From contig JBBDTI010000034.1 in NCBI GenBank assembly GCA_040904565.1, forward strand, positions 1 to 42,676: a DNA stretch of 42,676 nt, in the 5' to 3' direction. Source of the stretch: Rhodothermales bacterium. GTDB lineage: Bacteria; Bacteroidota; Rhodothermia; Rhodothermales; VXPQ01. The first letter of the stretch is position 1, and every line of letters starts with the position of its first letter. This document shows positions 1 to 8,828 of this stretch, one piece after another. The notes beneath the pieces are model-generated. The model was given only the letters and a program-made list of their open reading frames with translations, searched no databases and was not told the DNA's origin. The position numbers and the translations under genes were made by a program.

Positions 1-1956
1 GGCCACGACCATCACGCCATGATGGTCGCCGATTTCAAGAAGCGCTTCTGGATCTCGCTCGTCCTTACGATCCCGATCCTTGCCCTGTCACCGATGATCC
101 AGGGGTTCCTGGGCTTCGAAGACGTCTTGCGCTTTCCTGGAGATATCTTTGCGCTCTGGGCGCTCTCTTCCGTCGTCTTCTTCTTCGGCGGCTGGCCATT
201 CCTCAAGGGCATCTATCGTGAACTGACGGACGGCCGTCCGGGGATGATGACGCTCATCTCCATCGCCATCGCGACGGCCTATCTGTACAGCAGCGCCGTC
301 GTCTTCGGGCTCGCCGGCACGATCTTTTTCTGGGAACTGGCCACCCTCATCGACGTGATGCTGCTCGGCCACTGGATCGAGATGCGGTCGGTCATGGGCG
401 CGTCGAAAGCACTGGAGGAACTGGCGCGCCTGATGCCGAGCGAGGCTCACAAGATCGAGGAAGACGGGGCCGTCGTCGACGTACCGCTCGACCGGTTGCA
501 CGCTGGAGACCGAGTATTGATCAAACCGGGCGAAAAGGTACCGGCAGACGGCGAGGTAGTGAAAGGTCAGACGTCCGTCAATGAGGCCATGCTTACGGGC
601 GAGTCGGTACCCGTTCCCAAAAAGGTCGGAAACGCCGTGATCGGCGGGTCCATCAATGGAGAGGGATCCATCACGGTCGAGGTGCAGAAGACCGGCGCCG
701 ACAGCTTTCTGTCGCAGGTCGTCGACCTCGTGCGCCAGGCGCAGGAATCCAAATCGAAGACACAAGACCTGGCGAATCGAGCGGCGCTCTGGCTGACTAT
801 CGTGGCACTCGGTGGCGGTGCGGCGACCCTCTTCGTCTGGATTGTCGTTTTCGGGCAGCCGTTTGACTTTGCCCTAGAGCGGATGGTCACCGTAATGGTA
901 ATCGCGTGTCCGCACGCGCTCGGACTCGCCGTGCCGCTCGTGGTCGCCGTCTCGACCGCCATCTCGGCCCAGAACGGCCTGCTCATTCGAGATCGCACGG
1001 CGTTCGAGGCCGCGCGCAATCTCGATGCCGTCATCTTCGACAAAACGGGTACGCTGACGGAGGGGCGGTTCGGCGTCACCGATACGCTGCTCTTTACGAA
1101 TCCGATCACGGAGGAGGAACTGCTCCGATACGCCGCGGCCGTAGAGGCGCACTCCGAACATCCGATTGCAAAGGGTATCGCGGACGCCGTAGAGGATGCG
1201 CCTGAAGTAGAGAACTTCAATTCGATTCCCGGTAAAGGGGCCGAGGGCGTGGTCGAGGGGCGCAAGGTTCAGGTCGTCAGCCCCGGCTTTTTGAAGGAGC
1301 ACGACATCGCGTTCGAAGATTCACGATACGAAGAGCTATCGGAGCAGGGCAAGACGGTCGTCTTCGTGCTGATCGACGGCGAGTTGGCCGGTGCCATCGC
1401 GCTGGCCGACGTCATCCGCCCCGAGTCGAAGCGGGCCATCGCCGCGCTCCACGCTATGGGCGTCAAGACGATGATGCTGACCGGCGACAACCGCAAGGTC
1501 GCTGCCTGGGTGAGCCGAGAGATCGGACTCGACGACTACTTCGCCGAGGTGCTGCCCGATCAGAAGTCGGAAAAGGTGAAGGAAGTGCAGGGACGTGGGC
1601 TGACCGTCGCTATGACGGGCGACGGGGTCAACGACGCTCCGGCCCTGGCGCAGGCCGACGTCGGCATTGCCATCGGCGCCGGCACCGACGTCGCCGTTGA
1701 AACGGCGGATATCATCCTCGTTCGGAGCAATCCCGAGGACGTCACCGCCATCCTCAAGCTCTCGCGCGCCACCTACAGGAAGATGATACAGAATCTCTGG
1801 TGGGCCGCCGGATACAATATCGTCGCGATACCGCTCGCAGCCGGCGTGCTCTATAGCCTGGGCGTGCTGCTCGGCCCGGCCGTGGCCGCCGTGTTCATGT
1901 CGGCGAGCACGGTGATCGTCTCCATCAACGCACGCTTTTTGAAGCTGGAACGATAG
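1..1956 (+). CDS. copB: P1B-3 type copper-translocating P-type ATPase (CopB-like), 5'-partial
   Basis: IACPHALGLA (CPH), TGES, DKTGTLT, SEHPIA, GDGVNDAPAL and YN...MSAS motifs. The frame is open from base 1 (GHDHHA), so the His-rich N-terminus continues outside the window. Confidence 0.95.
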   Translation, partial: GHDHHAMMVADFKKRFWISLVLTIPILALSPMIQGFLGFEDVLRFPGDIFALWALSSVVFFFGGWPFLKGIYRELTDGRPGMMTLISIAIATAYLYSSAVVFGLAGTIFFWELATLIDVMLLGHWIEMRSVMGASKALEELARLMPSEAHKIEEDGAVVDVPLDRLHAGDRVLIKPGEKVPADGEVVKGQTSVNEAMLTGESVPVPKKVGNAVIGGSINGEGSITVEVQKTGADSFLSQVVDLVRQAQESKSKTQDLANRAALWLTIVALGGGAATLFVWIVVFGQPFDFALERMVTVMVIACPHALGLAVPLVVAVSTAISAQNGLLIRDRTAFEAARNLDAVIFDKTGTLTEGRFGVTDTLLFTNPITEEELLRYAAAVEAHSEHPIAKGIADAVEDAPEVENFNSIPGKGAEGVVEGRKVQVVSPGFLKEHDIAFEDSRYEELSEQGKTVVFVLIDGELAGAIALADVIRPESKRAIAALHAMGVKTMMLTGDNRKVAAWVSREIGLDDYFAEVLPDQKSEKVKEVQGRGLTVAMTGDGVNDAPALAQADVGIAIGAGTDVAVETADIILVRSNPEDVTAILKLSRATYRKMIQNLWWAAGYNIVAIPLAAGVLYSLGVLLGPAVAAVFMSASTVIVSINARFLKLER

Positions 1957-1974
1957 ACTGGACAGGTGGAGTGC

Positions 1975-2364
1975 ATGGATGCTTATATTCAGCCGGTGCC
2001 GAGCCGGGCGCGAGTCGTGAGACTCGACAGAACAACAAAATCCAGAACAGACTCATACGCTCGAGCAGGACGGTTACGTGTCGAATCTAGTCCGGATCGC
2101 TTTAGCGGTACCGTCGCCACGGGTTATGCCGACCGGTTGCACCGCCTACGCAGCGAGCTGGACCTGCTGCTGCTTCAGGCGAAAGACGTCGCAGAAAGCG
2201 AAGTACAGCTGCTCGGCGTAGAATGCTTCTCGCAGGATCTCCATCGGGACGCCCTTCACCTGAACGCCCGTACTCACGGCGTACTGTGCCAGATCGAAGA
2301 TCTCATCCAGACCGTCAACCGGTCGCTCGACAGACTCCAGCCACCCGACGAGGCCTCAAGATGA
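1975..2364 (+). CDS. Hypothetical protein with a helical C-terminal half
   Basis: Fills the gap between copB and the porin. Its TGA overlaps the next ATG (ATGA at 2361-2364). Start uncertain (GTG 1966 or ATG 1975). No family recognised. Confidence 0.45.
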   Translation: MDAYIQPVPSRARVVRLDRTTKSRTDSYARAGRLRVESSPDRFSGTVATGYADRLHRLRSELDLLLLQAKDVAESEVQLLGVECFSQDLHRDALHLNARTHGVLCQIEDLIQTVNRSLDRLQPPDEASR

Positions 2365-3650
2365 CGAACTGCAGGCAAGTATATGTGCACTCGGCCGACA
2401 CGTACGCCGCCATGCCCGAGCAGCGCTCGATACCGACGTATGTTCTTCTGATCCTTTTGCTCGGATCCGTTGTCGGTCCGCACCGCGCCGCGGCCCAGAG
2501 CGGATCGGATACTGAAACCGATGCAGGGCGCTTCTTCCCGAGGCAGGGGTTTATGCTCTCCGGTTATGGTGGTGCCGGCTACGACGTCCTGTTGGCCGAC
2601 GGCAGTCGGCCGAACGACTTCTCTGCCGTCTTTGCGCCGATCATGTTATTCCAGATCTCGGACCGATTTCTGTTCGAGGGGGAACTCGAGTTCGAGATTG
2701 AAGAAGGCGCCACCGAGACCGGACTCGAGTATGCCCAGATCGATATGGCCGCCACCAACAACTTGACCCTGATCGCGGGCAAGTTCCTTCTCCCGTTCAA
2801 CGTGTTCTCCGAGCGGCTCCACCCGACGTGGATCAACCGCCTCGTCAGCAGCCCGGCACTCTATGGCGGGCATGGTGCCCTTACGCCGACGGATCCGCTC
2901 GTGCCGATGCTCTCCGACGTTGGTATTCAGCTTCGCGGCGCCTTCGCCGTAGGACGCTTCAGCACGATCACGGCCGAAGCCTTTGTGACGCAGGGGCCGA
3001 TGCCCGCTGCGGACGAACACGCCGAAGAGCCGGATGAGGCGGGGGACGGCCATCAAGAGGCGCCTGCTGGCGGCACCGTGGCGCCGGACGACCTCGCCTT
3101 CGGCAGTGATTTCACCGACAATAACGAGGACAAGATGATCGGAGGGCGCATCGGCTTCGGCGTCGCACCCCACGTCGAGTTCAACATCTCCGGGATGACC
3201 GGGGCTTTCGACGCCGCCGGCGATCTTCGCTTCAGCGCGCTGGGCGCCCATCTGGAGAGCCGATACCGAAATTTCACGGTGCACGGTGAATTCATTCAGA
3301 CATGGCAGGACGTGGCCGAGGCGGACGCACACGATGAAGAAGGCGGCCCCGGTGGGGCTCCGCCCGACACGGACCGCGCGGAAACAGCCGTCGAAACCCT
3401 TGCTCGGAACGGCTACTGGATGCTCCTCAGTTATCGCTGGAGGAAGTGGCAGCCCGTGGTGCGCTGGACGCAGGTGTTCGAGAGCGACATCGACGGAACC
3501 GTCGTTACGGCAGCCGGACGGCAGCTTGCCATCGGGCTCGACTACTGGTTCGAACCGGCGCTCGCTATCAAGCTCGAATACCTCATCAACGACGAAGAGC
3601 ATCCCGTCGACAACAACCGCCTCGCCGTTCAGCTCGCCTTCGGATTCTAG
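2361..3650 (+). CDS. Outer-membrane beta-barrel porin-like protein
   Basis: Signal peptide (YVLLILLLGSVVGPHRAAAQ), alternating beta-strand pattern (FLFEGELEFE, LEYAQID), C-terminal Phe (AVQLAFGF), acidic His-containing loops. Alternative start ATG 2412. Confidence 0.8.
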   Translation: MTNCRQVYVHSADTYAAMPEQRSIPTYVLLILLLGSVVGPHRAAAQSGSDTETDAGRFFPRQGFMLSGYGGAGYDVLLADGSRPNDFSAVFAPIMLFQISDRFLFEGELEFEIEEGATETGLEYAQIDMAATNNLTLIAGKFLLPFNVFSERLHPTWINRLVSSPALYGGHGALTPTDPLVPMLSDVGIQLRGAFAVGRFSTITAEAFVTQGPMPAADEHAEEPDEAGDGHQEAPAGGTVAPDDLAFGSDFTDNNEDKMIGGRIGFGVAPHVEFNISGMTGAFDAAGDLRFSALGAHLESRYRNFTVHGEFIQTWQDVAEADAHDEEGGPGGAPPDTDRAETAVETLARNGYWMLLSYRWRKWQPVVRWTQVFESDIDGTVVTAAGRQLAIGLDYWFEPALAIKLEYLINDEEHPVDNNRLAVQLAFGF

Positions 3651-3663
3651 CCAGGAGACCCCC

Positions 3664-4296
3664 ATGCGATATCTCTCGCTTACCTTTGTCCCGCTCTTCG
3701 TCCTCTACGCAGCCATGGCGTTCCAGATGCCGAAGACGTCGACGGCCACATCGCGGAACGCGGCCGATACGACGCTGGCCGCGCGCATCAGCCGGGGAGC
3801 GGAGCTCTTCTCTCGCACGTGCCAGCGCTGCCACAACCCGCGGGGTCCGGCTGAACGGACCGATCGCGAATGGGTCATCATCATGCAGCACATGCAGACG
3901 CGGGCGACCCTGACGCGTCGGCAGGCCTCGCTGGTGCGCGAATTTCTACTGGCGTCGAACGATGCGGACCAGGCGCCCGGCCGTGAGCGCCGCGGCCTGC
4001 AGACGCCCGCGAACGTGACGGAGGAGATGATCGAACAGGGCCGCATCGTCTACCATGGTGCCGGAACCTGTTCCGCCTGTCACGGCGATGCACTCCAGGG
4101 CGGGCCCATCGCCCCCAACCTGAACGACGACCGGTGGCAGCGCGCTTCGGGCGACTATGCTTCTATCCTGAACGTCGTCCGAAACGGCGTTTCCGGGACA
4201 GCCATGGCCGCGTACCCGGGCGGAATTACCGACGAGCAGGCCCAGCAGGTAGCAGCCTACGTCTGGGCCGTGGCCGGCGGCCGGACAGAGCCGTGA
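3664..4296 (+). CDS. Diheme c-type cytochrome, exported
   Basis: AGGAGA RBS, N-terminal signal/anchor, two CxxCH motifs (CQRCH, CSACH), candidate distal Met in GTAMAAY. Confidence 0.9.
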   Translation: MRYLSLTFVPLFVLYAAMAFQMPKTSTATSRNAADTTLAARISRGAELFSRTCQRCHNPRGPAERTDREWVIIMQHMQTRATLTRRQASLVREFLLASNDADQAPGRERRGLQTPANVTEEMIEQGRIVYHGAGTCSACHGDALQGGPIAPNLNDDRWQRASGDYASILNVVRNGVSGTAMAAYPGGITDEQAQQVAAYVWAVAGGRTEP

Positions 4297-4358
4297 ACGG
4301 TATGCGGTCCTGCGAGCATTGACCCTTTCTCTAAGAAACACCGTCCGTCCAGTAATAC

Positions 4359-5576
4359 ATGTCGCACGTGCACGTCATCGGAGCAGGTCCGGCCGGACTC
4401 GCCGCCGCGATCTACCTCGCGCGCGAAGGGCTCCGGCCCGTCGTGTTCGAGCAGGCCCCGAACGTCGGCTCGCGGTTCAATGGGGACTACCAGGGGCTCG
4501 AGAACTGGTCCACCAGGGAGGACGTCGTCGAGATACTGGCTGCCCTGGGCATCGAGGTCAACTTCACCTGCGAGCCTTACGACAGCGGCACGTTCTATGC
4601 GCCCTCCGGCCGGCCGCACAGGCTGACGACGAAGCGTCCGATGTTTTATCTCGTGGAGCGCGGCGACGGTCCCGACTCTCTCGATCGAGGTCTTCTGCAA
4701 CAGGCCCTCGACGCCGGCGTCGACATCCGCTTCGGAAGGAAGATCGATCGCGGGGAGGCGGACAAAATCATCGTAGCCACGGGGCCACGCGCGCCGGATG
4801 CCATTGCGCGCGGCGTCGTGTTCGAGACGTCCCATCCCGACGCCTGCTTCGCCTTTCTGGGAGATCACATCGCACCGCGGGGATACGCCTATTTGCTCGT
4901 GCATGACGGCCGCGCGACGCTGGCGACCTGCCTGTTCGACGACTTTCAAGCCGCGCCTGCGTATTTCGAACGCACGCTCCGGTGGGTCACGAACGAAGTG
5001 AGCCTGGACATTCGTAACCCGCACTCATTTGGAGGCTACGTCACCTTCGGCATTTGTCCGCCGTGGTCTCGAAACGACCGACTCTATTTCGTCGGTGAGC
5101 GCGCCAACTTTCAGGATGCTCTCTGGGGCTTTGGACTTCGCTACGCCCTTCAGTCAGGCGTCCTGGCCGCACGGGCAATAGCTCGCGACGAGAACTACGA
5201 TGAGCTCTGTCGCACGCACCTCGTACCACGGCTCGAGACGGCCATTGCCAACCGGACGATCTTCAACCAGCTGGGCAATCAGGGATATGAGTGGATCCTG
5301 AGCCGCATGCCGGATCGCGACGTCATCGAAACGCTTCAATCGCATCATCTCCCGTCGAAGGCGAAGCGGCTCCTGTATGCGGTGGCCGGGCGCCATCTTC
5401 CATCTCACGTCCGGGAGAAGGCGTGCAGCGAGGAGGCGTGCACGTGCCTCTGGTGCGTGCATGGCAAGAACGTGGACACGCCGGCCATGGATCGCTGCGT
5501 GGAGGCCATTGCCTCCACATCGAATTTAAAACATTTAGACCACCCGACGCACGACGCCTCAAAGGCATCGATATGA
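4359..5576 (+). CDS. NAD(P)/FAD-dependent oxidoreductase (geranylgeranyl-reductase-like) with Cys-rich tail
   Basis: VIGAGPAGLAAA FAD-binding motif, IVATG, VGERA...GFGLRYALQSGVLAA; C-terminal CSEEACTCLWCVH. Confidence 0.85.
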   Translation: MSHVHVIGAGPAGLAAAIYLAREGLRPVVFEQAPNVGSRFNGDYQGLENWSTREDVVEILAALGIEVNFTCEPYDSGTFYAPSGRPHRLTTKRPMFYLVERGDGPDSLDRGLLQQALDAGVDIRFGRKIDRGEADKIIVATGPRAPDAIARGVVFETSHPDACFAFLGDHIAPRGYAYLLVHDGRATLATCLFDDFQAAPAYFERTLRWVTNEVSLDIRNPHSFGGYVTFGICPPWSRNDRLYFVGERANFQDALWGFGLRYALQSGVLAARAIARDENYDELCRTHLVPRLETAIANRTIFNQLGNQGYEWILSRMPDRDVIETLQSHHLPSKAKRLLYAVAGRHLPSHVREKACSEEACTCLWCVHGKNVDTPAMDRCVEAIASTSNLKHLDHPTHDASKASI

Positions 5577-6382
5577 ATGACCGTACCGTTTCCAGCCAGG
5601 TATCGACCGCGCCCACGCTCGAAGACTACGAGCGCTTCGTAGGCGCCGAAACCGTCGAGCGCCTGTTATCCAAATCGGCCGCCCTTCGCGACCTTCACGT
5701 GGTCAACGTGAACTCGACCTATTACGGTGGCGGGGTCGCTCAGCTGCTCTCGTCGCTCACGCTGCTAATGAATGCAACGGGAATCCGCACGGGATGGCGC
5801 GTGATCCAGGGTAGACCGGATTTCTTCAGCGTCACCAAAAAACTGCACAACGCGCTTCAGGGCGGGGAGATAAATCTTACGCGTATGAAGCAAGACATCT
5901 ACGAAGAAGTCGTCCGCGAGAACGCGATTCGCATGCACCTCGATCACGATCTCGTGATCGTACACGATCCGCAGCCCCTGCCGCTCATCCACTACTACCG
6001 GAAGAAGGCGCCGTGGGTCTGGCGCTGCCACGTCGATCTTTCGAGGCCGAATTCCGACGTGTGGGACTATCTCCAGCCGCACGTCGAATGCTACGACGCC
6101 GTCGTGCTTTCCCTTCCGGAATATGCAAGAAAGCTGAACACGCCTCAGCGATTCTTCATGCCCGCCATCGACCCCTTCTCTGCGACCAACAAGGAATTGA
6201 CGGACGGAGAGATCGACGAGCGTCTGGAGCACTACGACATACCGACCGACTTGCACTGGTATCTCCGAATCGTACCGAGCCTCGTAATCCCGGGAGGATT
6301 CGAGCTTGCGTCGGGCCTTACCATCAATCCATCCCTTCCCGAGGATGACGCTGCCGTACTTCGCGAGGCATACGCATCTTGA
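5573..6382 (+). pseudogene. treT: Truncated TreT-like GT4 trehalose synthase fused in frame to a GalT-like C-terminal fragment
   Basis: NVNSTYYGGGVAQLL, VTKKLHNALQG, IVHDPQP and WRCHVD are TreT N-domain motifs. After IPTDL (6253) the C-domain is absent and the frame reads HWYLRIVP...GFELASGLTINPSLPEDDA. ATGA-coupled to the upstream gene. Confidence 0.8.
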
Positions 6383-6395
6383 TGGGCGCTGCACC

Positions 6396-7178
6396 ATGAG
6401 ACCACATTCCTTTTGCGACCATCGAACTCGAAGCGTCGCCTGCCGGCTTGTCGTCGCCATGCTTCTGAGCGCGCTGTTTGCACCGGAGGCCCTCTCCCAA
6501 GAAGGTGCAGAAATGCCCCTCCGCCTCGTCGAGGGTAACTCCTATGTTAGGGCGTCTTACGATCAGACCGGTCGGTTAGAGAAACGGCAAGAGATCTCGG
6601 TCGGTCGGATTGAGCGCTCGGATGATCAGATATCAGCTCAGGTAAAATCGTACAGGGTCGACTCCGAGGTGGAGCCGCCCGATACAATCTACACGACAAT
6701 CTCGTGCAGCGTCGACGGCTCCGGTATGGTCATGAATGTTCTTGCCCTGACCGGCTCGGAGGGACGCCGTGTATCCGTTCAAATCACTGGAGGCGACGTC
6801 GGATATCCGCTCCGTCCCGCCACGGGCGATACGCTGGAAGACGTGAGGCTCCAGGTGAGCGTCGAGGAGGGGGTCCTGGGCTTTCTCGGCAGCAACAGTC
6901 GCATCCACATCCGGGACCGCGTCGTCGACGTGCCCTCCGCTCCTTCGCCTGCGGAGGCATCCCATACCTACGTCGTCTCCGCCACGCTGCACGTGCGGTT
7001 CTACGTGCTCGGGCTAAAGGTGCGTGATCGACGGTACGGGCTGGAAGACGTCGTCGAGACGGCATCCGGGCTGCGTCGACAGGTCCTCACCTCTCCAGAC
7101 GGAAGCTACGTCGCCCTCGAGCGGAGGGACGCATTAGACGAGCGCTGGAGACCGTCCGCAAGACCGCCAAACCAATGA
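6396..7178 (+). CDS. Hypothetical exported beta-rich protein
   Basis: Signal peptide RLVVAMLLSALFAPEALSQ, beta-strand-rich mature part, operon position. Confidence 0.65.
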   Translation: MRPHSFCDHRTRSVACRLVVAMLLSALFAPEALSQEGAEMPLRLVEGNSYVRASYDQTGRLEKRQEISVGRIERSDDQISAQVKSYRVDSEVEPPDTIYTTISCSVDGSGMVMNVLALTGSEGRRVSVQITGGDVGYPLRPATGDTLEDVRLQVSVEEGVLGFLGSNSRIHIRDRVVDVPSAPSPAEASHTYVVSATLHVRFYVLGLKVRDRRYGLEDVVETASGLRRQVLTSPDGSYVALERRDALDERWRPSARPPNQ

Positions 7179-7188
7179 ACGCGCCTGT

Positions 7189-8466
7189 TTGCCGTTAACT
7201 CGCCGCACCGAGATCCGACCTTCCAGCAGCCGGCTTCTGCTGCTGTTCTTCACGCTGTTCATCGCCATGATCGGCTTCGGCATTACGCTGCCCGTTCTGC
7301 CTTTCTTCGTCGAGCGTTTGGCGATTGGCGAGGCGGCCGGGGAGGCTACTGTCGCCTTTCACGTCGGAGCACTCACGAGTGCGTACGCCTTGACGCAGCT
7401 GGTGGCGGCGCCGCTCTGGGGACTCTGGTCGGACCGGCACGGTCGCAAGCCGCTCATCGTGATCGGCCTCGGCGGCTTCGCAGCGGCTCAGGCGGCCTTC
7501 GGCCTTGGCAGCTCGCTACCGCTCCTGTATGCGGCGCGTCTGGTCGCCGGTATCTTTTCAGGCGCGCTCCTGACCGGATCGTCCGCTTACGTCGCCGATA
7601 CCCTGCCGGAATCGACCCGCGGGCGTGGAATGGCGTGGATGGGTACGGCACTGAGCCTCGGATTCTTCGTCGGGCCCGTTCTCAGCGGCCTGTTGGCCCG
7701 GCGCGACTGGCACGTGCGGGTTACGGCGGAGCATCTCATCTTCGACGGATTTTCCATTCCTTTCTTCGCAGCCGCGGGGCTGGCGCTCGCGACGTTACCG
7801 TTCGTGTTCGCGGCGCTGCCCGAGTCCCTGGGCGTGGCAGGCCGCACGGACAAGGTACACGACCGCGTGCGATGGACCGGCCTCGGGAGGCGGCTAAAGG
7901 ATCTGCTCGCGCTCGTCTTCTTTAGTCAGGCGGCCCTTGCGCTTTTCGAGGCCGTCTTCGCCCTCTACGCGGATCGGGTCCTTCGCTTCAGACTGGCGGA
8001 GATAGGGTACGCATTTGCCGTCTGCGGCCTCGTGATGGCGCTTTTCCAGGGCGGCACGGTGGGCTTTCTAGCGGGACGCGTGCACTCCCGACAGCAGATT
8101 ACAGCGGGCTTCGGCTTATTCGGAATGGGCATCGGCCTGTTACTCTGGGTTCGTTCCGTCGCAGCCGTGCTGGTCGTCGTCGGCCTCCTGGCCCTTGGCG
8201 TCGCCCTCGTGACGCCAAATCTGCTCACGCTGGTAGCCAATCGTAGTGGGCGCAGTGTGGGGGCGGCGCTCGGCCTGCAAAACACGTTCAGCAGCGTGGG
8301 CCAGATTGCCGGGCCCCTTGCAGGCGGACTGCTTTTCGGCCTGCAGGTCGATCTTCCGTTTCAGGTGACTGCGGGAGGGGCCCTCGTCCTCGCAACCGGA
8401 CTCTGGTGGCTGGGCCGAGGGGCGTCGGACGAGGAGGCTGGTACCTCTTCGGTCGTGGAGAGGTGA
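7189..8466 (+). CDS. MFS transporter (TetA/DHA1-like)
   Basis: About 12 hydrophobic segments, motif A GLWSDRHGRKPLI, GFFVGPVLSG. The TTG start is uncertain; an out-of-frame ATG at 7175 overlaps the upstream stop. Confidence 0.9.
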   Translation: MPLTRRTEIRPSSSRLLLLFFTLFIAMIGFGITLPVLPFFVERLAIGEAAGEATVAFHVGALTSAYALTQLVAAPLWGLWSDRHGRKPLIVIGLGGFAAAQAAFGLGSSLPLLYAARLVAGIFSGALLTGSSAYVADTLPESTRGRGMAWMGTALSLGFFVGPVLSGLLARRDWHVRVTAEHLIFDGFSIPFFAAAGLALATLPFVFAALPESLGVAGRTDKVHDRVRWTGLGRRLKDLLALVFFSQAALALFEAVFALYADRVLRFRLAEIGYAFAVCGLVMALFQGGTVGFLAGRVHSRQQITAGFGLFGMGIGLLLWVRSVAAVLVVVGLLALGVALVTPNLLTLVANRSGRSVGAALGLQNTFSSVGQIAGPLAGGLLFGLQVDLPFQVTAGGALVLATGLWWLGRGASDEEAGTSSVVER

Positions 8467-8667
8467 CCCTTCGTACAACGTGCTTCGAATTATAGCTGGA
8501 GGAGGTGTAGCGCGGTGTACTCTCCTTTCCGGTATCGAAGAGCCGGATCCATCCGGCCAACCGCCCCGTGAGCCTGCAACAGACTGCAGGCGTCCGGTCG
8601 TAGTCGGCGGCGCCAACCTACACCATATCGGAGGAGCTGCACGTTAAGGATTCCCTCCGCCGCTCGC

Positions 8668-8722
8668 CTTAAAGGAAGTTAAGCCCGCGTTCAGTTTCCG
8701 TTAAGGTTCACGGTGGCATTTT
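8668..8722 (+). promoter_or_regulatory. Repeated promoter element, copy 1 (upstream of cfa)
   Basis: CTTAA-aggaag-TTAAG-cccgcg-TTCAG-tttccg-TTAAG-N11-CATTTT. Confidence 0.8.
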
Positions 8723-8828
8723 AGGTGGGTCTCCGATCGATGCACGCGAATATGCAAAGCATCAGGTGACATATACCCCCTTGTATGAAGGACACTGCCT
8801 GCCCTCACCTTATGAAATTCGTACACGC

